Shown: positions 1 to 9,300 of the stretch, piece by piece
Position numbering within the stretch: the first letter of the stretch is position 1
Layout of the letters: each line of letters opens with the position of its first letter
Origin: Bacteroidales bacterium
GTDB taxonomy: Bacteria; Bacteroidota; Bacteroidia; Bacteroidales; UBA12077
Length of the DNA stretch: 17,635 bases
Direction of reading: 5' to 3'
Assembly: GCA_028282585.1 (NCBI GenBank)
Contig: JANQHR010000173.1
Location: 1 to 17,635, forward strand
Translations under genes and position numbers: made by a program
Notes under the pieces: model-generated
Databases searched by the model: none
The model's input: the letters and a program-made list of their open reading frames with translations, nothing else
What the model was told of the DNA's origin: nothing

Positions 1-90
1 TTCCAAATTTTTTGCGAAAAAATCTAACTATTTTTTCAATCACAGCATTTCATCATATCTCTATCAGAACTTATCCCCAAATCGGGAGTG

Positions 91-142
91 CAAATATAAA
101 TACTGTTTTGAATTCTGCAACTCTTTTTTTATATTTTTTTTT
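91..142 (-). promoter_or_regulatory. Bacteroidota sigma70-type promoter firing leftward out of the window, stable-RNA-like
   Basis: The minus strand reads GTTG (118-121), a 19-nt spacer, then TATATTTG (91-98), an exact TAnnTTTG -7 box followed by CACTCCCG. Upstream are A-tracts about 10 nt apart (plus-strand T7 at 124-130, T9 at 134-142). Confidence 0.7.
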
Positions 143-209
143 CGGGTTTCTTATAAACCATTAAATTACAATAAAATAATTTTTTATTTTTATTGTTCAG
201 CAACCTTAA

Positions 210-242
210 TTTAACCATTTTGAAATAAAAGTTTTATATTCG
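210..242 (+). promoter_or_regulatory. Putative promoter of the glycosyltransferase-pyrC operon
   Basis: TATATTCG at 235-242 (one mismatch to TAnnTTTG), 30 nt before the ATG at 273. There is only a weak -33 candidate, TTTA at 210-213 (21-nt spacer). Confidence 0.4.
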
Positions 243-272
243 CTCAGCCGTAATAACCATAAATAGACAGCA

Positions 273-1016
273 ATGAATGATAAAAAAAGACTAGTTATTA
301 TACCTACCTATAATGAAAAGGAGAATATTGAACGAATGGTTCGAAAAGTATTCTCTTTGCCATTACCCTTTGATTTATTAATTATTGATGATAATTCTCC
401 TGATGGAACTGCTGATATAATAAAATCATTACAAAAAGAATATGCTGAACAACTACATTTATTGCAAAGAAAAGGTAAACTTGGATTAGGCACTGCATAT
501 ATTAAGGGATTTAAGTGGGCGTTAGAAAAGGACTATGATTATATATGTGAAATGGATGCAGATTTCTCACATAATCCTGAAGACTTAATTAGTTTATATG
601 AAGCTTGTGAAAATAAAAATGCAGATTTATCAATCGGATCAAGGTATATTACAGGTGTAAACGTAGTAAACTGGCCAATAGGTAGAATTCTTATGTCTTA
701 TTTTGCATCGAAATATGTTCGTTTTATTACAAGAATGAATATTAAAGATACTACAGCAGGTTTTAAATGTTACAGAAGAAAGGTATTAGAAACAATTAAT
801 CTTGATAAGGTGAAACTAAAAGGATATGCATTTCAAATAGAAATGAAGTTTACAACCTGGAAGTTCGGGTTTAAAATTGTTGAAGTACCTATTATATTTA
901 CCGAAAGACAAGAAGGAGTTTCTAAAATGAGTGGTGGGATTTTTAACGAAGCTGTTTGGGGAGTAATTAAAATGAAACTTAGAAGCTTTTTCAGAAAGTA
1001 CGAAATGGCAAAATAA
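273..1016 (+). CDS. Polyprenol monophosphomannose synthase (DPM1/Ppm1-like GT2 glycosyltransferase)
   Basis: 247 aa with VIIPTYNE, IIDDNSPDGT, GKLGLGTAY, EMDADFSH (DxD), IGSRY, DTTAGFKCY, GYAFQIEM and EVPIIFTER..GVSKM, all DPM1-like motifs. Confidence 0.9.
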   Translation: MNDKKRLVIIPTYNEKENIERMVRKVFSLPLPFDLLIIDDNSPDGTADIIKSLQKEYAEQLHLLQRKGKLGLGTAYIKGFKWALEKDYDYICEMDADFSHNPEDLISLYEACENKNADLSIGSRYITGVNVVNWPIGRILMSYFASKYVRFITRMNIKDTTAGFKCYRRKVLETINLDKVKLKGYAFQIEMKFTTWKFGFKIVEVPIIFTERQEGVSKMSGGIFNEAVWGVIKMKLRSFFRKYEMAK

Positions 1017-1029
1017 ATACCTATATATA

Positions 1030-2370
1030 ATGTATGATTTGCTAATAAAAAATGTAACCATCGTTAATGAAGGAAAAGAATTTAAAGGAAGTATATTAAT
1101 TAAAGATGATAGAATTGAGAAGATACTCACTTCCTCGGAAATTACACAAACTGAAGTCTTTAAAACCATTGATGGTGAAGGAAAATATCTGTTACCAGGA
1201 GTAATTGATGATCAAGTTCACTTCAGAGAACCAGGATTAACTCATAAAGCAGAAATATATACGGAATCAAAAGCGGGAGTCGCCGGAGGAATTACTTCGT
1301 TTATGGAAATGCCTAATACGAAACCACAGGCAACAACTATAGATTTATTAGAAGAAAAGTATAAGATTGCTGCTGAAAAATCATTGGCAAATTATTCATT
1401 CTATCTTGGTGCAACTAATGATAATATTGAAGAAATTAAAAAAATTGATCCTAAAAGTATTTGTGGTATAAAAGTTTTTATGGGCTCTTCAACCGGAAAC
1501 ATGTTAGTTGATAACATTGACTCATTATCTAAAGTGTTTTCAGAATCGCCCGTATTAATTGCCACTCACTGCGAAGATGAAGAGACAATCCAGAAAAATA
1601 CTGTAAAATATAAAGAGAAGTTTGGCGAAAACCTTCCAATAAAATACCATCCATTATTAAGGAGTGAAGAGGCTTGTTATAAATCGTCAAGTTTAGCAGT
1701 TAAATTGGCAAAAAAGCATAACTCAAGATTACATATTTTACATTTAAGCACAGCAAAAGAACTTGAGCTCTTTGATTCTGTTCCTTCCAAAAATAAAAAG
1801 ATTACAGCCGAGGTTTGCGTTCATCATTTATGGTTTTCGGATGATGACTATGATAAGTTCGGTACACGAATAAAATGGAATCCTGCTATTAAAACTAAGG
1901 ATGACAGAGAGGCATTAATAAAGGGGCTAAAAAACAATAAAATTGACGTTGTAGCAACGGATCATGCTCCACATACGATTGATGAAAAATCCAACACTTA
2001 CTTTAAGGCTCCTTCTGGAGGGCCTTTAGTACAACATTCTTTAGTTGCCATGCTCGAGTTATATCATCAAGGTAAATTTACAATAACGGAAATTGTAAAT
2101 AAAATGTGCCACACTCCTTCCGATATCTTTCAGGTTAAAGATAGAGGTTATATTAGAGAAGGATTTTATGCAGATCTTATAATTGTTGACTTAAATTCGC
2201 CCTGGAAAGTCGAAAAGGATACTATATTATATAAATGCATGTGGTCACCATTTGAAGATCAAACATTCAAATCAAAAATTACGCATACTATTATTAATGG
2301 TCATGTTGTATATGATAATGGAAAGTTTGATGAGTCAGTTAAAGGGCAAAGATTAGCTTTTGACAGATAA
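1030..2370 (+). CDS. pyrC: Dihydroorotase (amidohydrolase superfamily)
   Basis: 446 aa with LLPGVIDDQVHFREPG, AGGITSFMEMPNT, GIKVFMGSSTG (carbamylated Lys position), THCED, HILHLST, EVCVHHL, KWNP and ATDHAPH. Confidence 0.9.
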   Translation: MYDLLIKNVTIVNEGKEFKGSILIKDDRIEKILTSSEITQTEVFKTIDGEGKYLLPGVIDDQVHFREPGLTHKAEIYTESKAGVAGGITSFMEMPNTKPQATTIDLLEEKYKIAAEKSLANYSFYLGATNDNIEEIKKIDPKSICGIKVFMGSSTGNMLVDNIDSLSKVFSESPVLIATHCEDEETIQKNTVKYKEKFGENLPIKYHPLLRSEEACYKSSSLAVKLAKKHNSRLHILHLSTAKELELFDSVPSKNKKITAEVCVHHLWFSDDDYDKFGTRIKWNPAIKTKDDREALIKGLKNNKIDVVATDHAPHTIDEKSNTYFKAPSGGPLVQHSLVAMLELYHQGKFTITEIVNKMCHTPSDIFQVKDRGYIREGFYADLIIVDLNSPWKVEKDTILYKCMWSPFEDQTFKSKITHTIINGHVVYDNGKFDESVKGQRLAFDR

Positions 2371-2389
2371 AAATATTCCTATATTTATT

Positions 2390-2884
2390 ATGTATAAAAG
2401 AAAAACTTACATTTGGATTCTTTTTGCTTCTGTTTTTATAAGTAGTTGCAATTTTAATCAATCTAATTCTAAAGATTTAAATCTTGGAAATGAGAGTAAT
2501 TACATGGAAATTGCGGATACCATTATAACCGATGTTATTATCTTAAATCCCGATGATGATGAATGGACCGAATATACTCTTCGTAATCTTGACAAAAAAA
2601 CCCTTGTAGATGAAATCTTTAAATTAGTTTATAAAGGAGATCTTGAACCTTATGAATTTTTTTACAATGAACCATTAACTATTGATGATATAAAAGCTTT
2701 GGAAAAAGATCCTGAGTTTAGTAGAAAAAAAATTGCTAAGGTACAATTCGAAGAAGCATGGTATTTCGATACTAAAAGTCAAAAAATGATAAAAAAGGTT
2801 CATTCTATAATGCTTGCTTACGAAATATATAACTTTCAAGGAGAAATCAGAGGCTACAAACCGGCATTTAAAGTTATATTTTAA
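2390..2884 (+). CDS. Putative lipoprotein with a GldN/PorN-like core domain
   Basis: The ORF track starts at TTG 2360, overlapping pyrC. ATG 2390 is preferred because it gives a canonical lipoprotein signal (MYKRKTYIWILFASVFISS-C). The C-terminal part, IAKVQFEEAWYFD..QKMIKKVHSI...KPAFKVIF, resembles the GldN I..Y.I.E.W.FDK....M...I.GI....PLFW.Y pattern as I recall it. Confidence 0.6.
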   Translation: MYKRKTYIWILFASVFISSCNFNQSNSKDLNLGNESNYMEIADTIITDVIILNPDDDEWTEYTLRNLDKKTLVDEIFKLVYKGDLEPYEFFYNEPLTIDDIKALEKDPEFSRKKIAKVQFEEAWYFDTKSQKMIKKVHSIMLAYEIYNFQGEIRGYKPAFKVIF

Positions 2885-2901
2885 TAAAGAAGAAAAATAA
2901 G

Positions 2902-3843
2902 ATGCGTGTTCTTTTTATCGATTCCACTCATGTAAGACTTTCAGAGAAATTAAAACAAGCAGGATTTAATGTACATTACCTTCCGGATACCCCAATTAAA
3001 GAAATAATTAAGATTATTCCGAATTATGAAGGTATTATAATAAGAAGTAAAATTAAGATTGATAAGTCCATTCTTGATTTAGCTGTAAACTTAAAATTCA
3101 TAGGGCGCGTTGGTTCAGGTTTAGAAAATATTGATATTGAATATGCAGAATCGAAAGGTATTAAATGTTTTAATTCACCTGAAGGTAATCGAGATGCTGT
3201 CGGTGAACAAGCCTTAGGAATGTTGCTTACATTATTTAATAATATATTGAAAGCCGACATTGAAGTTCGCAAAGGGAAATGGGTTCGTGAAGGTAACCGA
3301 GGATTGGAAATAAAAGGTAAAACGGTCGGCATAATTGGCTATGGTAATATGGGTAGCGCTTTTGCCCAGAGACTAAAAGGATTTGAAGCGAATGTGATAG
3401 CTTATGATAAATATAAATTTGATTATTCTGATGAATACGTGATTGAAAAATCTTTGGAGGATATTTATAAGCAAACTGATATTTTAAGTTTGCATGTACC
3501 GTTAACTGAAGAAACAAGTTTTATGGTAAATGACAAATTTATTAATCATTTTAAAAAAGATATATATATAATAAATACAGCTCGCGGAAAGGTATTGAAA
3601 ACTGTTGATCTGGTAAAAAATATGAAATCAGGGAAAGTGCTTGGTGCAGCTTTAGATGTTCTTGAGTATGAACAAGTATCATTTGAAAACTTGCATTCTA
3701 GTGATAAACTGCCTGAAGCTTTTCAGTTTATAATTAAAAGTAATAAGGTTGTTTTAACTCCTCATATCGCCGGCTGGACAGAAGAATCAAACATTAAACT
3801 TTCGGATTTTCTTGCCGATAAGATAATCAAGGAATTTACTTAA
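2902..3843 (+). CDS. D-isomer-specific 2-hydroxyacid dehydrogenase (SerA-like, no ACT domain)
   Basis: 313 aa with GRVGSGLENID, Rossmann VGIIGYGNMG, SLHVPLT and the catalytic motifs INTARG (Arg), LDVLEYE (Glu) and TPHIAG (His). The substrate cannot be determined from sequence. Confidence 0.85.
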   Translation: MRVLFIDSTHVRLSEKLKQAGFNVHYLPDTPIKEIIKIIPNYEGIIIRSKIKIDKSILDLAVNLKFIGRVGSGLENIDIEYAESKGIKCFNSPEGNRDAVGEQALGMLLTLFNNILKADIEVRKGKWVREGNRGLEIKGKTVGIIGYGNMGSAFAQRLKGFEANVIAYDKYKFDYSDEYVIEKSLEDIYKQTDILSLHVPLTEETSFMVNDKFINHFKKDIYIINTARGKVLKTVDLVKNMKSGKVLGAALDVLEYEQVSFENLHSSDKLPEAFQFIIKSNKVVLTPHIAGWTEESNIKLSDFLADKIIKEFT

Positions 3844-5089
3844 TTACAAAATGAGCCGTATGTCTGCTTCTTTGATCAATGTATATTTTTCTATCTTTTG
3901 TAACCTTTTCAATAGCTTCTTCCGAATAATGGCGAATAGTTAAAAGCTCCAGCTGATCATTATATAATATCTTATAGTCTTCTTTAAGTCTTTTTATAAG
4001 CTGTTTCGTTTTATTATTAGCGTTGTCGATACAAAATGAAATACTAATTGCTGAATTTTGAATCAGATTTACTTTTATCCTATGCTCTGATAAATATTGG
4101 AATATTTTACTCAACTCATCTTCGATAATAAAGGATAAGTCTTTGGGAAATAAGCTAATTAACATTTGATCCTTTTTTAGTATAAATATTGAAAGGTTTT
4201 GGTCATATTTTTTAAAAGAATCAATCTTTGTTCCTTCACCTTCCGGATCAATAAAAGATCGCACAAAAAGGGGTATATTTTTATTATGAAGTGGTTTAAG
4301 TGTTTTTGGATGAATAACTTTTGCTCCAAAATAAGCTAACTCAACGGCTTCTTGATAAGATAGTTTATCTAACTTTTCAGTTTCTTCAAAATACTGAGGA
4401 TCTGCGTTTAATATTCCTTCTACATCTTTCCAAACAATAACTTTTTCTGCATCTAAAATATTTGCAAGTACGGCAGCAGTATAATCTGACCCTTCCCTGC
4501 CCAAAGTTGTAGAAAAGCCATTATCAGAACCGCCTATAAACCCCTGCGTTAAATAAATTTTGCTTTCTTTAAAGTTGAATGAATCTTTTGCTTTAATCTT
4601 AGTTAACCCAAAATCAATTTTTGCTTCGCGGTACGTATCATCGGTAATAAATACTTTTCGTATATCTATCCATTTATTTGAAAATTCTTGAGTATTTAGA
4701 AACGCACTTATAATTTTAGTCGAAAATATTTCTCCAAAGCTAACGACCTGATCATATTTAACATCGTACGAATCATGTTGTTTTTTGAGTATTTCCACAT
4801 GTAATTTTTCAAATTCGGATTCAATCTCATTATATATCGAATGGTTGTCATTTGGAAATAGATCCTTGATGATTTTAAAATGATAAGACTTTAAATTCTC
4901 AAATTTATTTATACAATTTGAGGTATTATTAAAAGAAAACTCTAATAATTCTTCAAGTGCATTTGTGGTTTTACCAAATGCCGAAACAACAATTATAAGA
5001 TTATCATTAAACCTTTTTACTATTTCCAAAAGGTTTTTAACTCTTTTTGCATCTTTTACAGAAGCACCTCCAAATTTAAAAACAAGCAT
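3836..5089 (-). CDS. lysC: Monofunctional aspartate kinase
   Basis: 417 aa with VFKFGGASV, VVSAFGKTTNAL, SFGEIFS, TQGFIG, TTLGREGSDYTA, WKDVEGILNADP, EAVELAYFGAKVIHPKT and a C-terminal ACT-like region. Confidence 0.92.
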   Translation of the reverse strand: MLVFKFGGASVKDAKRVKNLLEIVKRFNDNLIIVVSAFGKTTNALEELLEFSFNNTSNCINKFENLKSYHFKIIKDLFPNDNHSIYNEIESEFEKLHVEILKKQHDSYDVKYDQVVSFGEIFSTKIISAFLNTQEFSNKWIDIRKVFITDDTYREAKIDFGLTKIKAKDSFNFKESKIYLTQGFIGGSDNGFSTTLGREGSDYTAAVLANILDAEKVIVWKDVEGILNADPQYFEETEKLDKLSYQEAVELAYFGAKVIHPKTLKPLHNKNIPLFVRSFIDPEGEGTKIDSFKKYDQNLSIFILKKDQMLISLFPKDLSFIIEDELSKIFQYLSEHRIKVNLIQNSAISISFCIDNANNKTKQLIKRLKEDYKILYNDQLELLTIRHYSEEAIEKVTKDRKIYIDQRSRHTAHFVIK

Positions 5090-5124
5090 TCTTAAAATAA
5101 CTTTTTAATATCTACAAAAGCTTA

Positions 5125-5132
5125 CAAATTTA
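5125..5132 (-). promoter_or_regulatory. -7 box of the putative lysC promoter
   Basis: Plus-strand CAAATTTA reads TAAATTTG on the minus strand (exact TAnnTTTG), 35 nt upstream of the lysC ATG. No clear -33 box. Confidence 0.5.
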
Positions 5133-5225
5133 GTATTTCTAACTTTCTTAACACTTACAATTCATAATAAACTTTGCATTAAGCTGTTTTTTTCGAGATT
5201 TTATTCTTATTCATAAAATTAAAAT

Positions 5226-5233
5226 TATTTTTG
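5226..5233 (+). promoter_or_regulatory. -7 box of the putative fbp promoter
   Basis: TATTTTTG (exact TAnnTTTG) about 70 nt upstream of the fbp ATG, in the divergent lysC/fbp intergenic region. Confidence 0.45.
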
Positions 5234-5302
5234 TATAAAATTATTATGAAATTCAATTTGGTTCATTGAATTCTTTAATGTTAACTCTTTAATTCTCGCT
5301 TA

Positions 5303-6319
5303 ATGAAAGGCTATAATATTACCACTTTAAACGAATTTATAATTCGTAGACAGGCCCATATCCCATATGCAAAAGGTGAACTTTCAAATCTACTACACCA
5401 TATTGGTATAGCAGCAAAGGTTGTACATAAAAAAGTAAATAAAGCTGGGCTAGTGGATGTACTGGGAGAAGCTGGAGAAGTGAACGTACAGGGCGAAAGT
5501 CAACAAAAATTAGATGTTTTTGCTGATATGCAATTTACTGCAGCTTTACGTGATAGTGGTGAATGTTGCGGAATTGCCTCGGAAGAAAATCAGGAAATTA
5601 TCACGTTTGACGATGAACTTTCCTTGGATGGAAACTATATTGTTTGTATGGATCCATTAGACGGTTCTTCCAATATTGATGTTAATGTATCAATAGGAAC
5701 GATCTTTTCAATTTACAGAAGAATATCTCCTCGTGGCGAAAAAGCACAATTAATTGATTTTCTTCAGGAAGGAAACAAACAAATTGCTGCGGGTTATATT
5801 ATATATGGATCATCAACTATGCTAGTTTATACAACAGGAAGAGGTGTTAATGGATTTACTCTGGACACGGGAATTGGTGAGTTTTGCCTTTCGCATGTAA
5901 ATATAAAAACTCCTGAGGCAGGAAAGATTTACTCTTTAAATGAAGGAAATTATAATAAGTTTCCAGATGGAGTAAAAAAATACATTAAATATTGCCAGGA
6001 AAAAGATACAGAAACAAATCGTCCTTATTCAGCACGTTATATTGGTTCTTTAGTTGCTGATTTTCATAGAAATTTGTTAAAAGGTGGTATTTTTATTTAT
6101 CCGGAAACTGCCAGCGCACCAAAAGGAAAACTACGTTTGCTATATGAATGTAACCCAATGGCATTCATAGCTGAGCAAGCTGGTGGTAAAGCTACAAATG
6201 GTGATGTTCGTATAATGGATATTAAACCGGAAACTTTGCATCAACGAGTACCTCTTTATACTGGATCGAGGAAGATGGTGGAAAACGCCAAGAAATTTCT
6301 TAAAGAATTTGGCAAATAA
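5303..6319 (+). CDS. fbp: Class 1 fructose-1,6-bisphosphatase
   Basis: 338 aa with [75 protein letters not shown] and LHQRVP. Confidence 0.96.
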   Translation: MKGYNITTLNEFIIRRQAHIPYAKGELSNLLHHIGIAAKVVHKKVNKAGLVDVLGEAGEVNVQGESQQKLDVFADMQFTAALRDSGECCGIASEENQEIITFDDELSLDGNYIVCMDPLDGSSNIDVNVSIGTIFSIYRRISPRGEKAQLIDFLQEGNKQIAAGYIIYGSSTMLVYTTGRGVNGFTLDTGIGEFCLSHVNIKTPEAGKIYSLNEGNYNKFPDGVKKYIKYCQEKDTETNRPYSARYIGSLVADFHRNLLKGGIFIYPETASAPKGKLRLLYECNPMAFIAEQAGGKATNGDVRIMDIKPETLHQRVPLYTGSRKMVENAKKFLKEFGK

Positions 6320-6344
6320 AATAATTTTAAAAATATATATAACC

Positions 6345-6371
6345 AAGGTAGTTGAATATCAACTACCTTTT
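6345..6371 (+). terminator. Intrinsic terminator-like hairpin after fbp
   Basis: Perfect 11-bp stem AAGGTAGTTGA (6345-6355) / TCAACTACCTT (6359-6369) with an ATA loop, running into TTTT (6368-6371) and ATAATTTT. Confidence 0.7.
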
Positions 6372-6387
6372 ATAATTTTATCTGGCT

Positions 6388-9300
6388 TTGGAATTAAATA
6401 TATTAAATAACGTTTTTGATAATCATCCTAAGGTTCAGGAATGTGTTGATCTTATTACTAAAAATGAAAGATTATTTTTAAATAATCTTATTGGGTCTTC
6501 AAAAAGTTTTTTTATTTCCACTATAATAAATAAGAAAAAAGAAAATCATTTAATCATCCTGCCCGATAAAGAAACTGCCGCATATTTTCACAATGATTTA
6601 TCTGCAATTTCTAAAAAAGAAGTATTATTCTTTCCGGCTTCGTATAAAAGATCTGTTATCTATGGTCAGGAAGATAATGCAAACCTTTTGCTAAGGGCAG
6701 AAACCCTACAATCGTTGGCAAGTAAAGAAAAACAAATAACTATTACTTATCCTGAGGCAATCATTGAAAAAGTCATTAATAAAGAAAATTTGATTAATTC
6801 AACACTAAAACTAAACGTTGGAGAACAAGTTTCAATAGATTTTATTAACGAAATATTGCAAGAATATCATTTTCAATATGTTGACTTCGTTTATGAACCA
6901 GGTCAATATTCGATAAGAGGAAGTATCATAGATATATTCTCATTTGCGTCTGACGACCCTTTCCGAATTGATTTTTTTGGTGATGAAGTTGACTCAATAA
7001 GATCATTTGATATTGAGAATCAACTATCAAAGGAGAATTTCGATAAAATTGCCATTGTCCCAAAAATAGTAAATCCGAATCCAGATAACGAAGATTTTAA
7101 TCAAACTGAATCATTTCTTCATTTTTTTGAGGAAAATTCAGTTATTTGGGTTGAAAATCTCCATTATGTTCTAGATAAAATATCCGAAATAGAAACAAAG
7201 TTAACAGAACAAGAAAATACGGATCAGATTATATTAAAAGAAGATTTTTTGGAAAATTTAAAGCAATTCAACGTAATTGAATTTGGACAAAAACCCTTTT
7301 TAAAAAACACAGAAACTATATTTAATACTTCATATCAACCTTCATTCAATAAGAATTTTGCGTTACTAGGAAACAATATTCTTGAAAATTATCATAAAAA
7401 TTATACAACATATATTTTATCAGATAACGAAAAACAAATTGAACGCTTAAAAGAGATTTTTAATGATATAAACCCGGAAATTAGATTCGAGCCTATATTA
7501 AAAACAATACACGAAGGATTTATTGATCATGATTTAAAGGTTTGTATTTATACGGATCATCAGATTTTTGGGCGTTATCATAAATTTAAAATTAAGAATA
7601 GTCTCCAAAAAAAAGAACAAATCACCATGCGAGAACTCACCGGGTTACATCCAGGAGATTACGTAGTTCATGTAGATCATGGGATTGGAAAGTTCGGCGG
7701 ACTCGAAAAAATTGACATTAGTGGAAAAACGCAAGAAGCTATCAAGCTTGTATATAAAGATCAAGATACAGTTTATATTAGTATTCATGCGCTTCACAAG
7801 ATCTCGAAATATAAAGGTAAAGATTCAGAACCACCAAAAATTTACAAATTAGGTTCTGGTGCATGGCAAAAATTAAAACAAACAACGAAATCAAAGGTTA
7901 AGGATATCGCTAAAGAGCTTATTCAATTGTATGCAAAGCGAAAAGAACAAAAAGGTTTTGGTTTTTCAACTGATACTTATTTGCAAAAAGAATTAGAATC
8001 TTCTTTTATATATGAAGATACTCCAGATCAATTGTCATCAACTAATTCTGTTAAATCCGATATGGAATCTAACACTCCAATGGATAGATTAATTTGTGGA
8101 GATGTTGGTTTTGGAAAAACTGAGATTGCCATTCGTGCAGCATTTAAAGCCGTAGCGGACAGTAAACAGGTAGCTGTACTCGTTCCAACAACTATTTTAG
8201 CTTTGCAACACTTCCAAACTTTTAAATCAAGATTGGCAAATTTCCCTTGCAGTATTGAATATATTAGTCGCTTAAGAACTCGTAAGCAACAAACAGAGAT
8301 TATAAAGAACTTAGCTGTTGGAAAAACTGATATTATTATCGGAACACACAAGCTTGTTGGAAAAGAAATTCAGTTTAAAGACCTGGGATTATTAATTATT
8401 GACGAAGAACAAAAATTCGGAGTTTCAGTAAAAGAAAAACTAAAAAAGCTTAAAGTTAATGTTGACACATTAACCCTAACCGCTACTCCTATTCCAAGAA
8501 CTTTGCAATTTTCTATGATGGGCGCCCGCGATTTATCAATAATAAATACACCTCCTCCGAACAGATATCCAATAATTACGGAACTTCACACTTTCAATGA
8601 AGATATTATTAAAGAAGCAATCGATTATGAATTTCAAAGAAATGGCCAAATATTTTTTATACATAATCGAGTACAAAATATCGCTGAAATTGAAGTTTTG
8701 ATCAATAAGTTATGTCCTGATGTAAGAACAGTTTTTGCACATGGGCAAATGGAAGGACAAAAACTTGAAAAAATAATGCTTGATTTTATTAACTACGAGT
8801 ATGATGTTTTAATTGCTACCACGATAATTGAATCTGGTTTAGATATTCCAAATGCTAATACCATAATTATAAATAATGCGCAAAACTTTGGGCTAAGCGA
8901 TTTGCATCAATTACGCGGACGAGTTGGCAGGTCAAATAAAAAAGCTTTTTGTTATTTAATAGCTCCCCCTTTAACTTCGGTAACTCAAGATGCGAGGAGA
9001 AGATTAAAAGCAATAGAAGAATTCTCGGAACTTGGAAGTGGATTTAATATTGCCATGCAAGATCTGGACATTCGGGGTGCTGGAAATTTGTTAGGTGCAG
9101 AACAAAGTGGCTTTATTACAGATATAGGCTTTGAAACTTATCACAGAATATTAAACGAAGCAATACTTGAATTGAAGGAATCATCTTTTCAAGAGTTATA
9201 TGAACAAGAGCAGAAACAGAACGTTGAAAAACAAATCAAACAACAAAAATTTATAAATGACTGCCAAATTGATACTGACCTGGAAATATTACTTCCAGAT

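Noticed and set aside
308-1169. Antisense ORFs 308-493 and 816-1169
   Set aside because: They are shadows of well-supported + strand genes and have no recognisable motifs.
1207-1236. Dihydroorotase metal motif reads DDQVH instead of DxHxH, suggesting possible inactivity
   Set aside because: As I recall, the Gln variant (IDDQVHFREPG) is a common dihydroorotase subfamily signature. The other ligands (Lys, two His, Asp) are intact.
2360-2389. TTG start at 2360 given by the ORF track
   Set aside because: It overlaps pyrC and adds 10 residues in front of a well-formed lipoprotein signal. ATG 2390 fits better.
3024-3517. Antisense ORFs 3024-3332 and 3236-3517
   Set aside because: They lie wholly opposite the dehydrogenase and show no protein-like features.
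5161-5250. 10-bp inverted repeat TTCATAATAA (5161-5170) / TTATTATGAA (5241-5250) as possible MITE or invertible-promoter ends
   Set aside because: It is almost all A/T, with no target-site duplication and no recombinase nearby. This is expected by chance at this composition.
5090-5302. Possible lysine riboswitch or attenuator upstream of lysC
   Set aside because: The likely promoter leaves only about 30 nt of leader, and the region is very AT-rich with no conserved helices or leader peptide.
6140-8351. Antisense ORFs 6140-6346 and 8028-8351
   Set aside because: They are opposite-strand shadows of fbp and mfd.
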